64,000 nt of DNA, taken from contig NC_058369.1 of assembly GCF_018350175.1 (NCBI RefSeq), positions 20,584,001 to 20,648,000 of the forward strand. Reading direction: 5' to 3'. A program made the position numbers and the translations under genes. Positions 40,601 through 54,110 of this stretch are shown here, piece after piece. Below the pieces are notes generated by a model, which ran no database searches, had not been told where the DNA came from, and was given only the letters and a program-made list of their open reading frames with translations. This stretch comes from Felis catus (lineage: Eukaryota). Every line of letters begins with the position of its first letter. Within the stretch, counting starts at the first letter, position 1.

Positions 40601-43600
40601 CTCCTCATTCAATCATTATCCTGCCTCATCATCCCCAGTGACAGCAACACAGAGTCACTAGTGCCACTCCTGGGCAGAAGCTTCCATTGTCATCCAGAAA
40701 ACACTTCATTTTTTTTTTTTTAATGTTTATTCATTTTGGGGAGACCGAGAGAGACTGGGGGAGGGGCAGAGAAAGAGGGAAACACAGAATCTGAAGTAGG
40801 CTCCAGGCTCCAAGCTGTCAGCACAGAGCCCGACGCAGTTCTCGAACCCAGGATGCACGGGATCACGACCTGGGCCGAAGTTGGATGCTCAACCAACTGA
40901 GCCACCCAGGCGCCCACAGAAAACACTTCTTCAGGAGCAAACTTACCTCCAGAAGCTTTCCCCATCAGGCCTCAGTCTGCCCTGATTACTCCCTCCTCCA
41001 CCGACTAGCCCTCCCCAAAGACCCCTGGTGAGGCTACACCCCCACCCAGCTGCTCACTCACACTTGATAATGGTGCAGTCTTTGGCAGCAGAGAAGATGG
41101 CTGAGTCGTCGGGGGTGATGACCACGCATGTGATGGAGAGCTGGTGCCCCCGCAAGACTTGGATGTCAGCTGGGGCTGGGGCCTGAATCTGGTGGGCAGG
41201 GCTGGGTCACTGCGACAGGGGGCAGGAAGGCCCCGACACACACACACACATGCCATCCTTTCCCACCACCCTGACCAGAAGGCAAAGTGGACACAGAACT
41301 GCAAGGATCAGACCCTTATCTGGTCCGTCCTGTCTGCCTTAGTGCTCACCACGTTCCAGAGCAAAGAAAGACCCCCACAGCCTGAGTCCCCAGGCTTACT
41401 TACACCAAAGTGCCCTGCCCACTCACCTCCTTTGCCACCGACTTCTGCAGCCTGCCTCTCTGCTCGAGCTGCACAGAGAGGAAAGGGTGAGCTCCCAGGA
41501 GCAGGGCCAGCCCCACCCTTCTCTCCTACCACCTTCCCTCTACACTCACCACGTCCTCCTTCAGGCGCCCTGCCACCTGGTCCTCCTCAAATGCCTGGGC
41601 CTCAGCCTTCTCCTCCTCTGTGCAAGGACAGACCAGACCAAGTAAACCGAGGCCGAGACTCCACTTCTCCCTTCCCATCCCCACCACCACCACCTCCATC
41701 CTGGGCCCCAAACACTCAAGCTGTGTCCCATGGAAAGTTTAGGATACCTTGGGCAAAGGAGGGGTCTCCTCCTGCCTACCCCCTGCCTTTACTTAGAGAT
41801 AAAGTAAGCTGAATGTCTGGCCCAGCCCAGGAGGCCCGTTACTCTCCTAGCCATTCTCCCCCCAGGGCCACTGGCACCAGGAGCTCTGACAGCCCACCAG
41901 GTACCTGCATCAGTCACCCATCAGGTACAGCAGGCGGCCTTAAGCACAGACCCTGAACTCACAGGCCCAGTGCATGGGCTCACCTTGTTGCCTGAGCTGC
42001 TCCAAGTAGAGTTTGGCCAAGCGCAGCTTCTTTTCCTGGGCTGTCTCCTCCAGCTCCTCCTCCTCTTCCTCCTCAGTCCTCCTGGGAGCTAGGCTGGGGG
42101 TGGGGAGGGGCTGGCTCTGAGGGGGCTCACCCCGCTCCTCTAGCCTCTACGACCATGCCTCGTCGCTGCTTCCCGACACTCAACCGCCCCCATCCCTGCC
42201 AGCCCTCATGGCCAACGATTACACATGTAGAAAACCAAAACAGGTGACTTACCAAATTGAAAGGACCTACCCAGGGCCCGACATAAGGGTGAAAAGAGAC
42301 CCCAAACCCAAGAAGATCACTGTGAAGTTTCTCAATTCTAGAGGGAAAGAGAAGGTTCTACAGGCTGCTGACAAAAGGTTACATACAAAGGGTCAGGAAT
42401 CAAAAGGCTTCAGAAGTCTCAACAACAACACTGAAAGCAGGCAGGCAAAGGAGCCTCACACACAAAATTCTGAAGGAAAATGTGAACTCCTGGAAGGCCA
42501 TGCCAGTTACTATCAGATATACAAGGTGCCACAAGATTGGTCTTTTCTACACTTCATTTAAGGATGGGGATGTGCTCCCCAAACAAGAGGATAAACTAAG
42601 AATGAGAAAGGCATGGGAGACAGGGAATAGGAGATCCAACATGAAAAGCAGAAAAGGTAAATCCCAGAACCACCCCCAGACAGGGGAGCAGCCAGCCCAG
42701 GTCTGAAAAAAGGACCCAAGAGGCAGACACGCTGGGATGTCATTGCCTCATCCTCACCTTGGATGCCACCTCACTATGGATGCCATAGCACCATCCTCTA
42801 CCTTGAGGACAGGATTCCAGGTGAAGCTTAACTGGTCTTGGCTTGACCTTGTGCTGAAGTTTCTGCTTTCCCTTCCACACCCCACTCCCTACCCCAGCTG
42901 AGGGCACTCTCTTTACTCAAGACAAGTCCTACTTTGACTTGCTCCTGGGAGCTAGAGGTAGGTCACAGGAACCGTCCCTTCTGATCACATGCCTAAAGAT
43001 ACCTAGTCCCTGTCAAATTCCCCAGTTGTTCCCCAGGACTCATTCATGACCCTGCCCACAACTTTCCCAGAAAGGACCTTGGAAACTCTCAAGGAAGCCG
43101 AAGCTAAATCAGGTCACAGAGACCACTTAGTACTCAGTGCTCAGCAAGCCTTCAGCCAACAGGGTTGGTGGCTGCCCTGCTAACCAGCCAAGGTTAGAAC
43201 TTGCACTCCATTTACCCAAACTAATCGGTCTATTGTTTAGGGGTTCACACATAGGAGACAGAACTCTAAAGGAAAGCAAAGGAAATATACATTGTATTGT
43301 ATAATTCCACTCATTTGATGTTCTGGAAAAAGCAAAATCCAGGGACAGTAGTTAGCAGGGACTGGAGGCAGGGCAGTAACTGACCACAAAGGAGTGGGGG
43401 GGAGTTCTGGAGTGTGATGAAACCCTTCTATACCTTCACAGTGGTGGTCGTTATACAACTACATGTGTTTAACTCACAAACTGTACGCTAAAAGTGAATA
43501 TTACTATATGTAAATTGTATCTGAATGAAAAAAATGAAGAAGAGAAGGAGAAGGAGGGGAGGGAGGAAGAAGGGGAGACCAAAGAAATGATTAACTCAAG

Positions 43601-45135
43601 TCAGGAATGCAGTTGGGGCTTCCAAGTTTCCGCAAATGGTCTAGTTCCTAACCTAAGGGGTGGGCGCACAGAGGTTCATCATTTCACCACTGCTCCCTAT
43701 AGTACAAACGCGTTTCATGAACTCTTCTGTATCTCATACATTCACAACACATTCTTTAAATGTTAAAAGTATTTGGCACAGGGCCAGACACACACCTGCC
43801 CAGAGTAACCTTGAGAGAAAATATATATCTCTGTGAGCAGGTTAAGGCCAACATGTACTCAGTTTTAGAAGCTGAATTTCTAAGGCCAACTCTAGGATCC
43901 ATCCCCTGATATGACAGACTCCATTCCACAGGCTCAGGACTTGACACTTTGCTAGCGTCCTCTGAAACCCTGCATCATGCCCCACCCCTGTCACCTGCAG
44001 AATGAGGGAGGTATTAAAAGCCGTCCACAATCTGGATGCAGCCAACACCTACCTTTCCATCCTCTCCATCTCCCAGTCTGGCAGTTTTACATACAAATTT
44101 GACAATTTACATACAAAAAGCCTTAGACTTTTCTCTGATCCCTGAGTGTCCTCCCTACCTCTACATGAGGGACTCCTCTTCATCTCTCCAGGCCCTATTT
44201 AAATGTTCCCTCACCTGTCTCCAGAACACAGAGCTGTAGAATACACATCCTATTACAACACGTTTTGTCTTCACCTGCCTGCTGATCTCTATTCTCAACA
44301 GTAAAGCCAGTACCTGGCGTATGTTGAGAGTCAGCGGGGAGAGCAGCAATTGTAAAATTGTGGGAAAGCAGATGAAGAACTAGCAAGCATTTCTTGCATT
44401 CCACTTCCCTTACCAGCCAGTCCAGCCTGTGCTCAGGTCCCTGCCAATGAGGGAGCTCTCACTGGTCTCGCATTGGGACCCTGCAGGGAAGGAGATGAGA
44501 CTTCTCAATCTCCTCAAGATGAGACCTACTCATCAGGGTTAGAACTGGAGGAAAGAGCCAAGATCTAAGAGCCAAAAAGGCGGGAAACCTGGGTTCTAGG
44601 CCCAGCTCTGCCCACACTCACTGAGTCTTCCATACACCATGGGCCTCAGTGTCCCCTTCCCCCAGTGGAAGAAAGCTCACCTCTCACTCTCGGAGTCGCT
44701 GGAGATCTCCTCATTCATCTTGCCGCCTCCCTTGGACTTGCCCTTCTCCCCGGCAGAATCCGCCTGAGACTTAAATAATCCTTTCGTTGGTCAAGGGTCC
44801 CAACCACCCCGGCACTGTGCAAGAGCCCTTTCCGATCCCTCGAGAGCCGCGGGACTAGGAAAGGCGGTGGCCCCCCGACTCAAGTGCAAGGCCTTCCAGG
44901 ATTCGGCCCGCGGAGAGAGGGACGAAGCTGACTCCAGCTGGAATCCCGAAAAAAGGGCCACGGAGGGGCCGGGGCCAGGGTGTCCGTAGGAGATGACGGT
45001 GGTCCCAGTAACGGGACTGACTCTGGCCTGCAGAAGAGCCAGACTCACCTTCCGCCGCCGCTTGCCGACCCCTGCACCGGCCCCGGCCCCCGAGGCCGAC
45101 CTTCCGCGTTTTCGAGCCGCCGCTGCCGCCGACAT
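37646..45135 (-). CDS. RRP9: U3 snoRNP-associated WD40 protein U3-55K; 15 exons: 45135-45049, 44763-44681, 42093-41984, 41617-41550, 41468-41427, 41188-41062, 40227-40103, 40020-39928, 39598-39498, 39418-39284, 39207-39145, 38994-38849, 38766-38687, 37926-37853, 37739-37646; 475 aa
   Basis: The N-terminus MSAAAAARKRGRSASGAGAGAGVGKRRRK is followed by an acidic tract, ETAQEKKLRLAKLYLEQL, WD40 repeats (GHQLSITC, GHRDAVSGLAFRRG, GHQDAVAALD) and the C-terminus GQEHRLGRWWRIKEARNSV. Exon lengths sum to 1428 nt, with GT-AG sites and no internal stop. Confidence 0.97.
40708..40915 (-). mobile_element. Feline SINE in RRP9 intron 6, TSD CAGAAAACACTTC
   Basis: Full-length element with a flanking direct repeat. 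Confidence 0.92.
42200..43530 (+). mobile_element. Ancient L1 remnants in RRP9 intron 2 (ORF1-like 42200-42700; 3' end 43260-43530)
   Basis: ORF track peptide QIERTY...PKPKKITVKFLNSRGKEKVLQAA is L1 ORF1-like; L1ME-type 3' terminus. Confidence 0.65.
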
Positions 45136-45750
45136 GCTGCCCACCTTGCGTGTAAGGACCGCCACGGAGAACTCACGTGGCTGCTAAACCCAGGCGGTCT
45201 GGCAAGACTCCGGGCCCGGATAGGCTCCCATTGCCCGGTGAGCCCCGCCTCCCACAGCTCCATTGGGTCCTTCTGTAAACTCTGCCACGCCCCCCAAGCG
45301 CCCATAGGGTAAACGCTTGTGGCCACGCCTCCAACAGTTCCTACAGGCTCCTGCGTCAGTCTTCAGTAGGTAGCAAGCCTCTCCGGGCGCTTCCGGCACA
45401 AGGCAGTGGCGCGTGCGCCCTGCTTCAGGCTGACGTCCAAGGGCGGGTCGGAAGAGACGGGCTTTCTCTGTGTTTGCGGCCCTTGAACGCTGGGAGGTGT
45501 CAGAGATGCAGGGTTTCACGTCTCGGAACGTGACTCCTCCCCGTCGGGGGCGGGGGCAAGAACGAACCAGCCTGGCACTAGATAACCCGGGGAATCTAGG
45601 CAGCCTGGAGAAGAGGTAGGCAGTGCCTGCACCAGGGTCCAAGGTCATTGGCAACCGGCGGACTTGTACTGCGCACTTCTGGCCAGACAAGCGGCGCTCA
45701 GGATGCGTCAGTCCCTTAGGCCTTGGCTGTATCCCTATCAAGTGTCCATG
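44760..45750. promoter_or_regulatory. CpG island / bidirectional promoter of RRP9 and PARP3
   Basis: CpG-dense stretch between divergent genes. E-box CACGTG at 45174-45179, NRF1-like GCGCGTGCGC at 45409-45418, CRE-like TGACGTC at 45431-45437, ETS cores CTTCCGG (~45390) and CGGAAG (~45449), and GC boxes. Confidence 0.8.
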
Positions 45751-46025
45751 GGTCCGTGGGACAGGCTGCCGGCCTCCTCCTGCCCAGCCTCTGACTCACT
45801 TGACTGGTGGCCAGATAGCTAGAAAACCACACCCCTCACTCCTGTGTTGCCCCTGCCCCCACCTCTGGCGATTGTAGGGAAATCACTCTCCAAGTCACAT
45901 CTAAGGTTACAGAGGGTTGCTAGACAAGGCCCTAGAACTGGAACTGCTGTGGGGGTCCTGATAGTAGACCTAGTGGCCGCCACTAGGCCACCACTAGCCG
46001 CCAGGTCACGGCTTCTTTCTCCTAG
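45750..46025 (+). other. Probable non-coding first exon of PARP3 (5' boundary uncertain)
   Basis: Strong donor TAG|GTGAGT at 46025/46026. The sequence resembles the human PARP3 5'UTR as I recall it (CCTCTGGCGATTGT...GTTGCTAGAC). Confidence 0.6.
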
Positions 46026-46718
46026 GTGAGTGCCCTATGATCCAGCCCACAGCCCTCCGCAGGGCAGGGCAGGGGTGGGTGGGACTGGCCCTTGCCCTCT
46101 GGCAGTTCAAGGCCACTGATCTCACACCCTGACTGGCACCCCAGAACTTTTGAACCCCTTGGGAATGAATGGTTTCTGGGCCCCTGGGTCGCACGTTCTG
46201 GAGAGACACATCTGGCCCCAGGAGGGTGGCCCCGGGGAGCTACTACTGCCCACTGTCCTCCATAGTTGGGTGACTCAGCCTAGCAACCATGTCAGGCCCA
46301 TCTGAGTCAGCTGAGACAGGGGAGGAGCAAGCAGTACCCAGGGAGTGCTCTGAAGGGAGGAGGAGCCCAGAAGCAAGAGGAAGGAGATTCTCCTTTCACT
46401 TTCTCTCCCTCATCAGGACATACTGGATTGCTAGAGGATAGGGAACCACTCTTCCTTGACCCCGGGCAGACTGTACGGGGTCCTGGCCTGGCCCCTCTGA
46501 ATGGGAAAAGGGAAAGGTGACTGGTACAGAGAGCTGGTTTTGGTCTGAGTCTGGGAATGGGGAAATGGAAGCAGGGGGAGACAGTGGCTTGAGGGTGGGG
46601 GGTTGGGGGCAGAACACCAAAGGGCAAACCCAAAGTGGGGCAAGCTGGTGCTGTGCCAGCCAGGTGGAATGCAGAGTCCATGAAGCCCTGAGGGACCCCT
46701 CTGTGCCCCAGAAGAGCC

Positions 46719-49700
46719 ATGGCACCAAAGCGCAAGCCCCCGGTGCAACATGCGGGTCCTGAAAAAAAGAAGGGGCGTCAGGGGGCAGAGGAGGAGGACA
46801 GCTTCCGCTCCACTGCCAAGGCTCTCAGAGCTGCACCCACGGAGAAGCACATAGTCCGAGTGGATCCAGCATGCCCACTCAGCCACAGTCCCAGGACTCA
46901 GGTAAGCTGTAGGCCCCATCCAGTCTTGGAGCCTACTCCTTCCTAGGTATAAATACACTCAGACCTACTCTGCTTCCCACTGGGGCTTGGTTCTGGCCTG
47001 ATAGGTCAAGGTCCCAAGTAAGCTATGTTCCCCCAAGACCCCAAAGGTCATGTAGGGTTATATACCATCAGATCCAGGCAGGTCATGTCTGTTCTTCAGA
47101 CCCCAGAGCAGGCCCCTGAGCTTCTTAGGCCTCCCCCTGCCACACTTAAGGCAGGGCTGTGACCCCTCAGTCTTTCCAGGTCTCACTATGTCCCCTAAAG
47201 CAGCCCCACAGAGCCATATCCCCTGAGATCCCTTGCATGGCAGGGTCATGTCCCTGTCAACCCCCCAGGGCAGAACCAATGTCTCTCTCTGATTCCCTGA
47301 CACAGGGCACAGCCATATCCTCCCAGAACTCCCCCCAACTGCCTGGGTTGAGTCATGTCCCCTCAATCTGTGTCCCCCAGGGCAGAACCGTGACCTCCTC
47401 AAGCCTTCCCTGACAGGGCCTCCTCCGATGCCCCAGTGCAGCATGACTCCTTCCCCATCAGACCCCTGTCATTGTGCAGCTGGGTACCCTGTCTCATTCA
47501 AGGGCAGCCCAAGCCAGCCTGCCTTCCCTATGCCCCCTCTGGCCCCAGGTGCATGAAGACTACGCCTGCACCCTGAACCAGACCAACATCGGGAGCAACA
47601 ACAACAAATTCTACATCATCCAGCTGCTGGAAGAGGGTGACCGCTTCGCCTGCTGGAACCGCTGGGGTCGTGTGGTGAGTGCCACCTTCCCACCCTGTGC
47701 CCACCTCCTCCCCACCTCTCTCTTTACAATACATGCCCCCTACTCCCCCAGGGTCCCCACAACTTACTCAGCTGCTGACCACACCCCCTCCCCACTTCTG
47801 ACTACCCAGGGGCTCTTGGCACAGCAGAGGGCAACTAATGTCCACAGTGGGTACTGTCGCAGGCACACCCCTGAAGGTTGTTGGTTGCAGGGAGAAGTGG
47901 GCCAGTCAAAGCTCAGCTATTTCGTGTTACTGGAGGATGCAAAAAAGGACTTTGAGAAGAAGTTTCGGGACAAGACCAAGAACAGCTGGGTGGATCGGGA
48001 CCATTTTGTGGCCCACCCGGGCAAGTACATGCTTATTGAAGTACGGGGAGAGGACGAGGCCCAGGAAGCCATGGTGAAGGTGAAGTGGCCAGGGAGGGTG
48101 GTGGGCCTTGCATTGAGGGAGGGGACTAGATGGAGAAACCCAGCCAGTTGTGTTCTGCCACTGTCCAGCTTTGTGGCCTCAGGCATAGGCCTCTCTTCTC
48201 TGGCCTCAACCTGGCCAGTCTCTGTTTAATGCCAGGTTCTTCTCTGGCTGTGCCCAGCTACTCCTGCTCATTTGTGCCCTCTACCTCTAGATGGTTGGAG
48301 GCCCAGTAAGGACCATGGTTCAGCAGGTGCGGCCCTGCTCCCTGGACGCAGCTACACAGAAGCTCATCACCAACATCTTCAGCAAAGACATGTTCAAGAA
48401 TGCCATGACCCTCATGAACCTGGGTGAGGGGAGAGAGGCCGGACAGGGTTGCAGGGGCCTGGGGGCTGCAAGGCCATGGGACTGAGTCTCCCTGACTTTC
48501 CCCACCTCCTAGATGTGAAGAAGATGCCCCTAGGGAAGTTGAGCAAGCAGCAGATTGCACAGGGCTTCGAGGCTCTGGAGGCACTGGAGGCGGCCCTCAA
48601 AGACCCTACGGATGGTGGCCTCAGCCTGGAGAAGCTATCCTCCCACTTCTACACTGTCATTCCCCACAACTTTGGCCGCAATCGGCCCCCATCTATCAAC
48701 TCCCCTGAGCTTCTGCAGGCCAAAAAGGACATGCTGCTGGTGAGGGTTGGCAAGTGGGTGGGCAGTGGGGCAGACAGACTGGGCAAGGGAGATGGAGGAC
48801 AGATGGCCAAGAAGGCCCAGATAGGTGGACTGAATGGGTAGGTTGAAGGACAGGGGAGGGGAAGGCCAGGCAGATAGATGGTATGGGGGTGCACAGGTGG
48901 GGTGACCATGGTCCCAGTCGTGTGGGAGGGAGGAGGCTGGGAGTCAAGTGGACAGACAAGCTGCCAGTGCCCATCACTTTAGGTGCTGGCAGACATCGAG
49001 CTGGCTCAGACCCTGCAGGCAGCCCCTGAAGAGGAGAAGGTGAAGGAGGTGCCACACCCACTGGACCGAGACTACCAGCTCCTTAAGTGTCAGCTCCAGC
49101 TGCTCGACTCTGAGGCACCCGAGTACAAGGTGGGCCAGGTCCCACAGAGGAGCCTGGCTAATAGCAGGCACTGTCCCTCTACCCATCTGCCCTCCTGGTG
49201 TGCAGAGGAATCCCTTGGCCTTGGCCTTCTCTCCCTGTTTCTGAAGGGCCCAAGGAGAGTTCTGGGACTGGGGCAACAGTGGGGGTTTGTCCACACATCT
49301 GTCAGCCTCGGCATCCAGCATCTGCTTTCCTTGCAGGTAATATATACCTACTTAGAACAGACTGGCAATACCCACAGGTGCCCTGTTCTTCAACATGTTT
49401 GGAAAGTAAACCGAGAAGGGGAGGTAAGAGAGATTCCTCCCAACCCACTCCCCTATCACTATCTGACTCTGAAGGAGATGACCTTAGTTTATGTGCCCAT
49501 TAGTGAGTCAGCTTAACAACTTGTCAGTTTCCCTCAGACCCAGGTCTTGTGCACGTGTACATGAGTGGATGTGATTGGCCAGAGGGGCCTTTGGCCTTGG
49601 TGGTGCTCTCTGAGCATCAGGGAGAAGCACCTGAGCTTGGATAGCATGACCTTTCCTGTTCCCACCTCCTTCCCCGCAGGGAGATAGGTTCCAGGCTCAC

Positions 49701-51840
49701 GCCAAGCTGGGTAATCGGAGGCTGCTGTGGCATGGCACCAATGTGGCTGTGGTGGCCGCCATCCTCACCAGTGGGCTTCGCATCATGCCACATTCTGGTG
49801 GCCGCGTTGGCAAGGGCATCTACTTCGCCTCAGAGAATAGCAAGTCAGCGGGCTATGGTGAGATACCCCCGGGGGCCACCTGGGCAGATGCAGGACACCA
49901 GGGAGGACCAGGCCCAGTGCTCGCCCAAAAGAGGAAACCTTGAATAGCTACTGATGAGAGTGCTCAGCGGGGCATCCTGAGTCCTATGGGGACTCCGTGG
50001 AGGGGCCAGTGGTCACAGACAGGTCAGACAGCCCCAGGCAGCATCTCTTCCTGGAGCAGGTGATGCAGGTAGGATGAGCGTGCCAGCCAGATGTGGAGGG
50101 GAGTGCAGTGAAAGAGGAGGTTTGGAGGTAAAGAAACTAGGAAGTGGCACACAGGCTGGGAGGCTACGCATACCATGTCAGGACCTCCAAGCACAGCCTG
50201 ATGATAAGGCTCCAAGCAAATGCCTTGTGTGGGCGCGAGGGCTGGGGCCTGGAAGATCAAGGGAGCTTTATCCAGATAGTGATGGAACCCTCACCAGACT
50301 TGGTATAGCAGCAGCATCTCAGTGGCTACAGCCTCAGGGAGAGCGACTGAGGCCAGAGGCATAGGGAGGCCATGTTCTTACCCAGGCCAGATGTGATGGG
50401 CACACAACCCAGGCAGTGGAGGTGGGGGAAGAAAGAATCCGTGAGAGGGATGTGCGGGAGGTGGGATGGGCAGCATGTGTGACAGGGTTGAAGTATCTCT
50501 GATGACCCCCAAGTTTCTGTCCAGAGGTGTCCTCACTGAGGAGACCTCCCCAGACTGGCTCCCCGGCCAGCCCATCATTGGAGACCACCACCACCCACTG
50601 ATCCAAGAGAGCAAGGTTGGATGGGGCTGATGTTCTTGGATGTCTGAGGTTGCTCAAGGCCAAGGGGACCACCAGGAGGGCAGAAGAGCCTATGAAGGAG
50701 TAGAGGGTAGCCTCAGCAGAGCCAGTGCAAGGGGGTCCTAGGCTAGGGGGTGGAGGATGCCAGTGGTAAAATCAACAGAACAGGACAGAGAGAAAAGGCC
50801 TCCACCCTGGATTTGGTCACTGGGAGCCCCTTGCTGACGTTGGTGTCGGGTAGAAGGGGCTGCATACACCTGCTCTCAGGGATCAGAAGAGTGGGGTTAA
50901 GGGGTGGGGGGGAGCACAGCCAGGACAAGCGGTGTTTTTAAGGATGCAGGAAGAGTGGGCACTTTCCTGGGCTCGGTCAACAAAGCCAGAGGAGATAAGG
51001 ATACAGCAGAAGGGGACCAGGGAGTCAGGTAGGAGGGCCAAGCTTCTTCCCTGTGTCCCCCAGTTACTGGCATGTCCTGCGGAGCCCACCAAATTGGCTA
51101 CATGTTCCTGGGTGAGGTGGCACTGGGCAGAGAGTACCACATCACCATCGACGAGCCCAGCTTGAAGCAGCCACCCCCTGGCTTCGACAGTGTCATTGCC
51201 CGAGGCCACACAGAGCCTGGTGAGTCCTGAAAAGCTAGACAGGCCTGAGGATAGAGACCTGGGGCTGAGCTCGGGGACCAGGATGCTTTCAGGGCATGGT
51301 GGGCCCAGGAGGTGGGCAGGGAAGAAGCTGAGGAGAGGGACAAAAAGCAGTAGGCTTCCTCACTATGGTCATTCACTTTGTCATTCGACAAACATTTGCT
51401 GATTGAACATATTCCTGGGCATCCAGGAGGGCTTCAACGAAAAGGTGTCATTGAGCATTGAAAGATATAAGTAGGCATTTCCCAGGCAGAGAAATGGGGA
51501 GGATACTCCAGGCAGAAGGCCCGGCCTGTGCAGTGGCTTAGAGATTGCAAGGGGGGGAATGAGCAGGTGTTCCCTGTGGCAGAAGTGGAGAGCATAGGAG
51601 GCAAAACTTACTGGTAAAGCCAAGGACCAGTGACCCTTGAGTCACCCATGGCCCTTGCTGTGCCCTGCAGATCCAGCCAAGGACACCGAGCTGGAGCTGG
51701 ATGGACAGCGAGTGGCGGTGCCCCAGGGCCAGCCCGTGCCCTGCGCAGAGTTCAGCAGCTCCACCTTCTCCCAGAGCGAATATCTCATCTACCAAGAGAG
51801 CCAGTGTCGCCTGCGCTACCTGCTAGAGGTTCATCTCTGA
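46719..51840 (+). CDS. PARP3: Protein mono-ADP-ribosyltransferase PARP3; coding exons 46719-46901, 47549-47674, 47891-48079, 48291-48423, 48513-48739, 48983-49129, 49337-49423, 49680-49857, 51064-51219, 51671-51840; 531 aa
   Basis: Starts MAPKRKP. Contains a WGR domain (LNQTNIGSNNNKFYIIQLL, WNRWGRVGE), a regulatory domain (MPLGKLSKQQI, FYTVIPHNFG) and a catalytic domain with the H-Y-E triad (LLWHGT, GKGIYFA, QSEYLIY). Exons sum to 1596 nt in frame. Head-to-head with RRP9, as in human. Confidence 0.97.
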
Positions 51841-52216
51841 GCTGTCCCCCTACCCTTGCCCCGGGGCCTGCTGGCCGCTAGACCATCATCTCAACCTTCC
51901 TGCCCATCCCCCATATCACCCCTTCTTGCCCCCAGATCTCCCTCTTGTGTCCCAGACAGTGATCCCCCCCTCCCTCCAATCCTTGCTAGCCCTGGCATGG
52001 CCGTGGCCCCAGAGTCTCACCTCCTAAGGTGATGGGCATGATGGGCTGCCATTATTACTGGGGCACAGATACAGCAGCCCATTCAAGTTAGAGGAGCACA
52101 GACTGAGAGTGGGCAGAATCCCAGATCCACCTGGGCTGTCCACCCTGGCCCAGCTTGTCTGTCCGAGAGGTGTGAGCACCAGGGTAGGCTAAACTTCAAG
52201 CATGCACAGCAAGCTT

Positions 52217-52222
52217 ATTAAA
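52217..52222 (+). terminator. Probable PARP3 poly(A) signal ATTAAA
   Basis: First poly(A) hexamer I find after the stop, about 375 nt downstream, followed by GU/U-rich sequence. Confidence 0.6.
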
Positions 52223-52370
52223 TATTGTATCTGCTCACTCCCTGGCCTCTGCTTGTCTGTGCCGCAGCTGCACCAGGCCCAGGCCTCCTTTTCTCTTGTT
52301 GGGGACCCACTACACTGCACAGCTGCACCAGCCCACTCCAGGGAACAAGCACTCACAAGGTTGAGGTGGG

Positions 52371-52385
52371 ACACACACGCATGCG

Positions 52386-52416
<31 letters not shown>

Positions 52417-52420
52417 GCAC
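52371..52420. repeat. (CA)n microsatellite downstream of PARP3
   Basis: Directly visible. Confidence 0.95.
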
Positions 52421-52689
52421 AGGTCGATCTACATCCAAGTCTGCAACAACTAGCCTCCTGATCATTGAGCCTTCAAAGGGGGATTCAAAACTGTTGGGCA
52501 TCTGGAGACTCACCTGGGCATCTGGGGACTCATTTGGCCCAGACACAGCCAGGCAAATCAAGCATTCCTGTCTTGGGGCCAGGCATCCATATGTATCTTA
52601 CATCTGAATATTATTAACAAGTTCAGCACATATCCATGGAATACTGCTGTACAATCATGAAAGGAATGACAGCCACCCCCAGGTAACCC

Positions 52690-54110
52690 TGTCCACAAAT
52701 GGGGTGCAGGTACTAGAGAGCAATCAGGATCCAGTCCGGGGTCTCACACTGCATTTAGTTGTTGTGTCTCATCCGTCTCTTTCAGTCTGAAGCCATTCCT
52801 CAGCCCTTCTTGTCCCTTCATGACTTTGACATTCTTGACACTCGTGAAGGGGATGGGCCAGTTGTTTTACAGACTAACTCAAAATTTGGATTTGTCTGAT
52901 GTTTTGTCATGAGCAGATTTGGGTAGTGCAGTTTGAGCAGGGACGTGACCTATGTGATGTGTCTTCGGTGCATTATATCCAGAGGGACATGTCCCATTCT
53001 AGGTGATGTTAATTTTGATCTCTTAAGGTGGTGACCACCAGGTTTCTCCACTGGAAAATTACCACTTCTCCTATTTGTAATTAATCAGTAATCTGTGGGA
53101 AAATATTTTGAGGTGTAAGTGTCCCATTTTTCCTGGACTTTCACCCACTAGCTTTAACATCCACTGGTGACTTTTACCTGGAATCAATGACTTAAATCAA
53201 TTTTTGGTAAGATGGTTGCAAATGACAGTTATCTAATCCCACCATTTCTTTTATATTTATTGATACTAGTCCTTTTTCTTTCTTTATTATCCATATGGAC
53301 TTGTGGATTCTTATTTTATGCATTAGGTTATAATCCATTACTATAATTATCCTGATCTTCAAAATGCTCCAGATTTTGCCAGCAGAAGGCCCTTCAAACT
53401 GATTCCTGGATCTATGTCATTTTCTGAGCACTTCCTTACTTTCTGGCATCACAAGATGTTCCAGGCTCATCTCACACAAACCCAAATCAGCCATTTCTCC
53501 AAGGAGCCCTGGTTCCCTAGAGCAGGAAATGGTATTTAGCATCCCAGATTTGGGCAGTAGGTATGCTCCTTAGTTCTGGGGTGTCATTGCTTGTAAGTTC
53601 TTGTAGTAAAGAGAGCCAGGAAATACGTATATGTAAATAAATTAACACATCTGTCTGTCTATATCTATTTCTTCAATTCTAATCCAACACCACAGGGCTC
53701 TTCCATTCTTCCTCAAATACATATTTAAAATATCTCTTTTCTCTAACAGAATCTTGGTTTCCATCAACCTTAATATATTTACTTATCACTAAATCCCATG
53801 TGAAAAGGGGCTTCAGAATTGCTACACCTGTACCATTATGAAAAACCTAAGTCAAGCTCCAGATGTATTGAATCTTATTCATGACCACCCTCTAGACTGA
53901 GGGTCAATGGTCAAAGCAGCAGTTTGAGCACAGGTTCAAATGTTATTTGGATGAGCTATTTATTTCTCTTCAGTGTGGCTGTTAGGCATTTGAAATACAG
54001 GGAGGTTCATTTGTTCCTGTTTATAGTTCACTTTCAGGGAGTTTCCCTCATCTTCATTGATTTGTTTTTTTCAATCCATAGAACATTAACAGAGTCCCCA
54101 AGAGTCCAAT
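52690..54110 (-). mobile_element. Ancient L1 (L1MC/ME-type) 3' region
   Basis: Characteristic TTTCTGAGCACTTCCTTACTTTCTGGCA...CAGCCATTTCTCCAAGGAGCCCTGGTTCC. Confidence 0.75.

Noticed and set aside
47474-49516. Long ORF-track entries (251 aa, 177 aa) within PARP3
   Set aside because: Real exons read through into in-frame introns; already explained by the spliced model.
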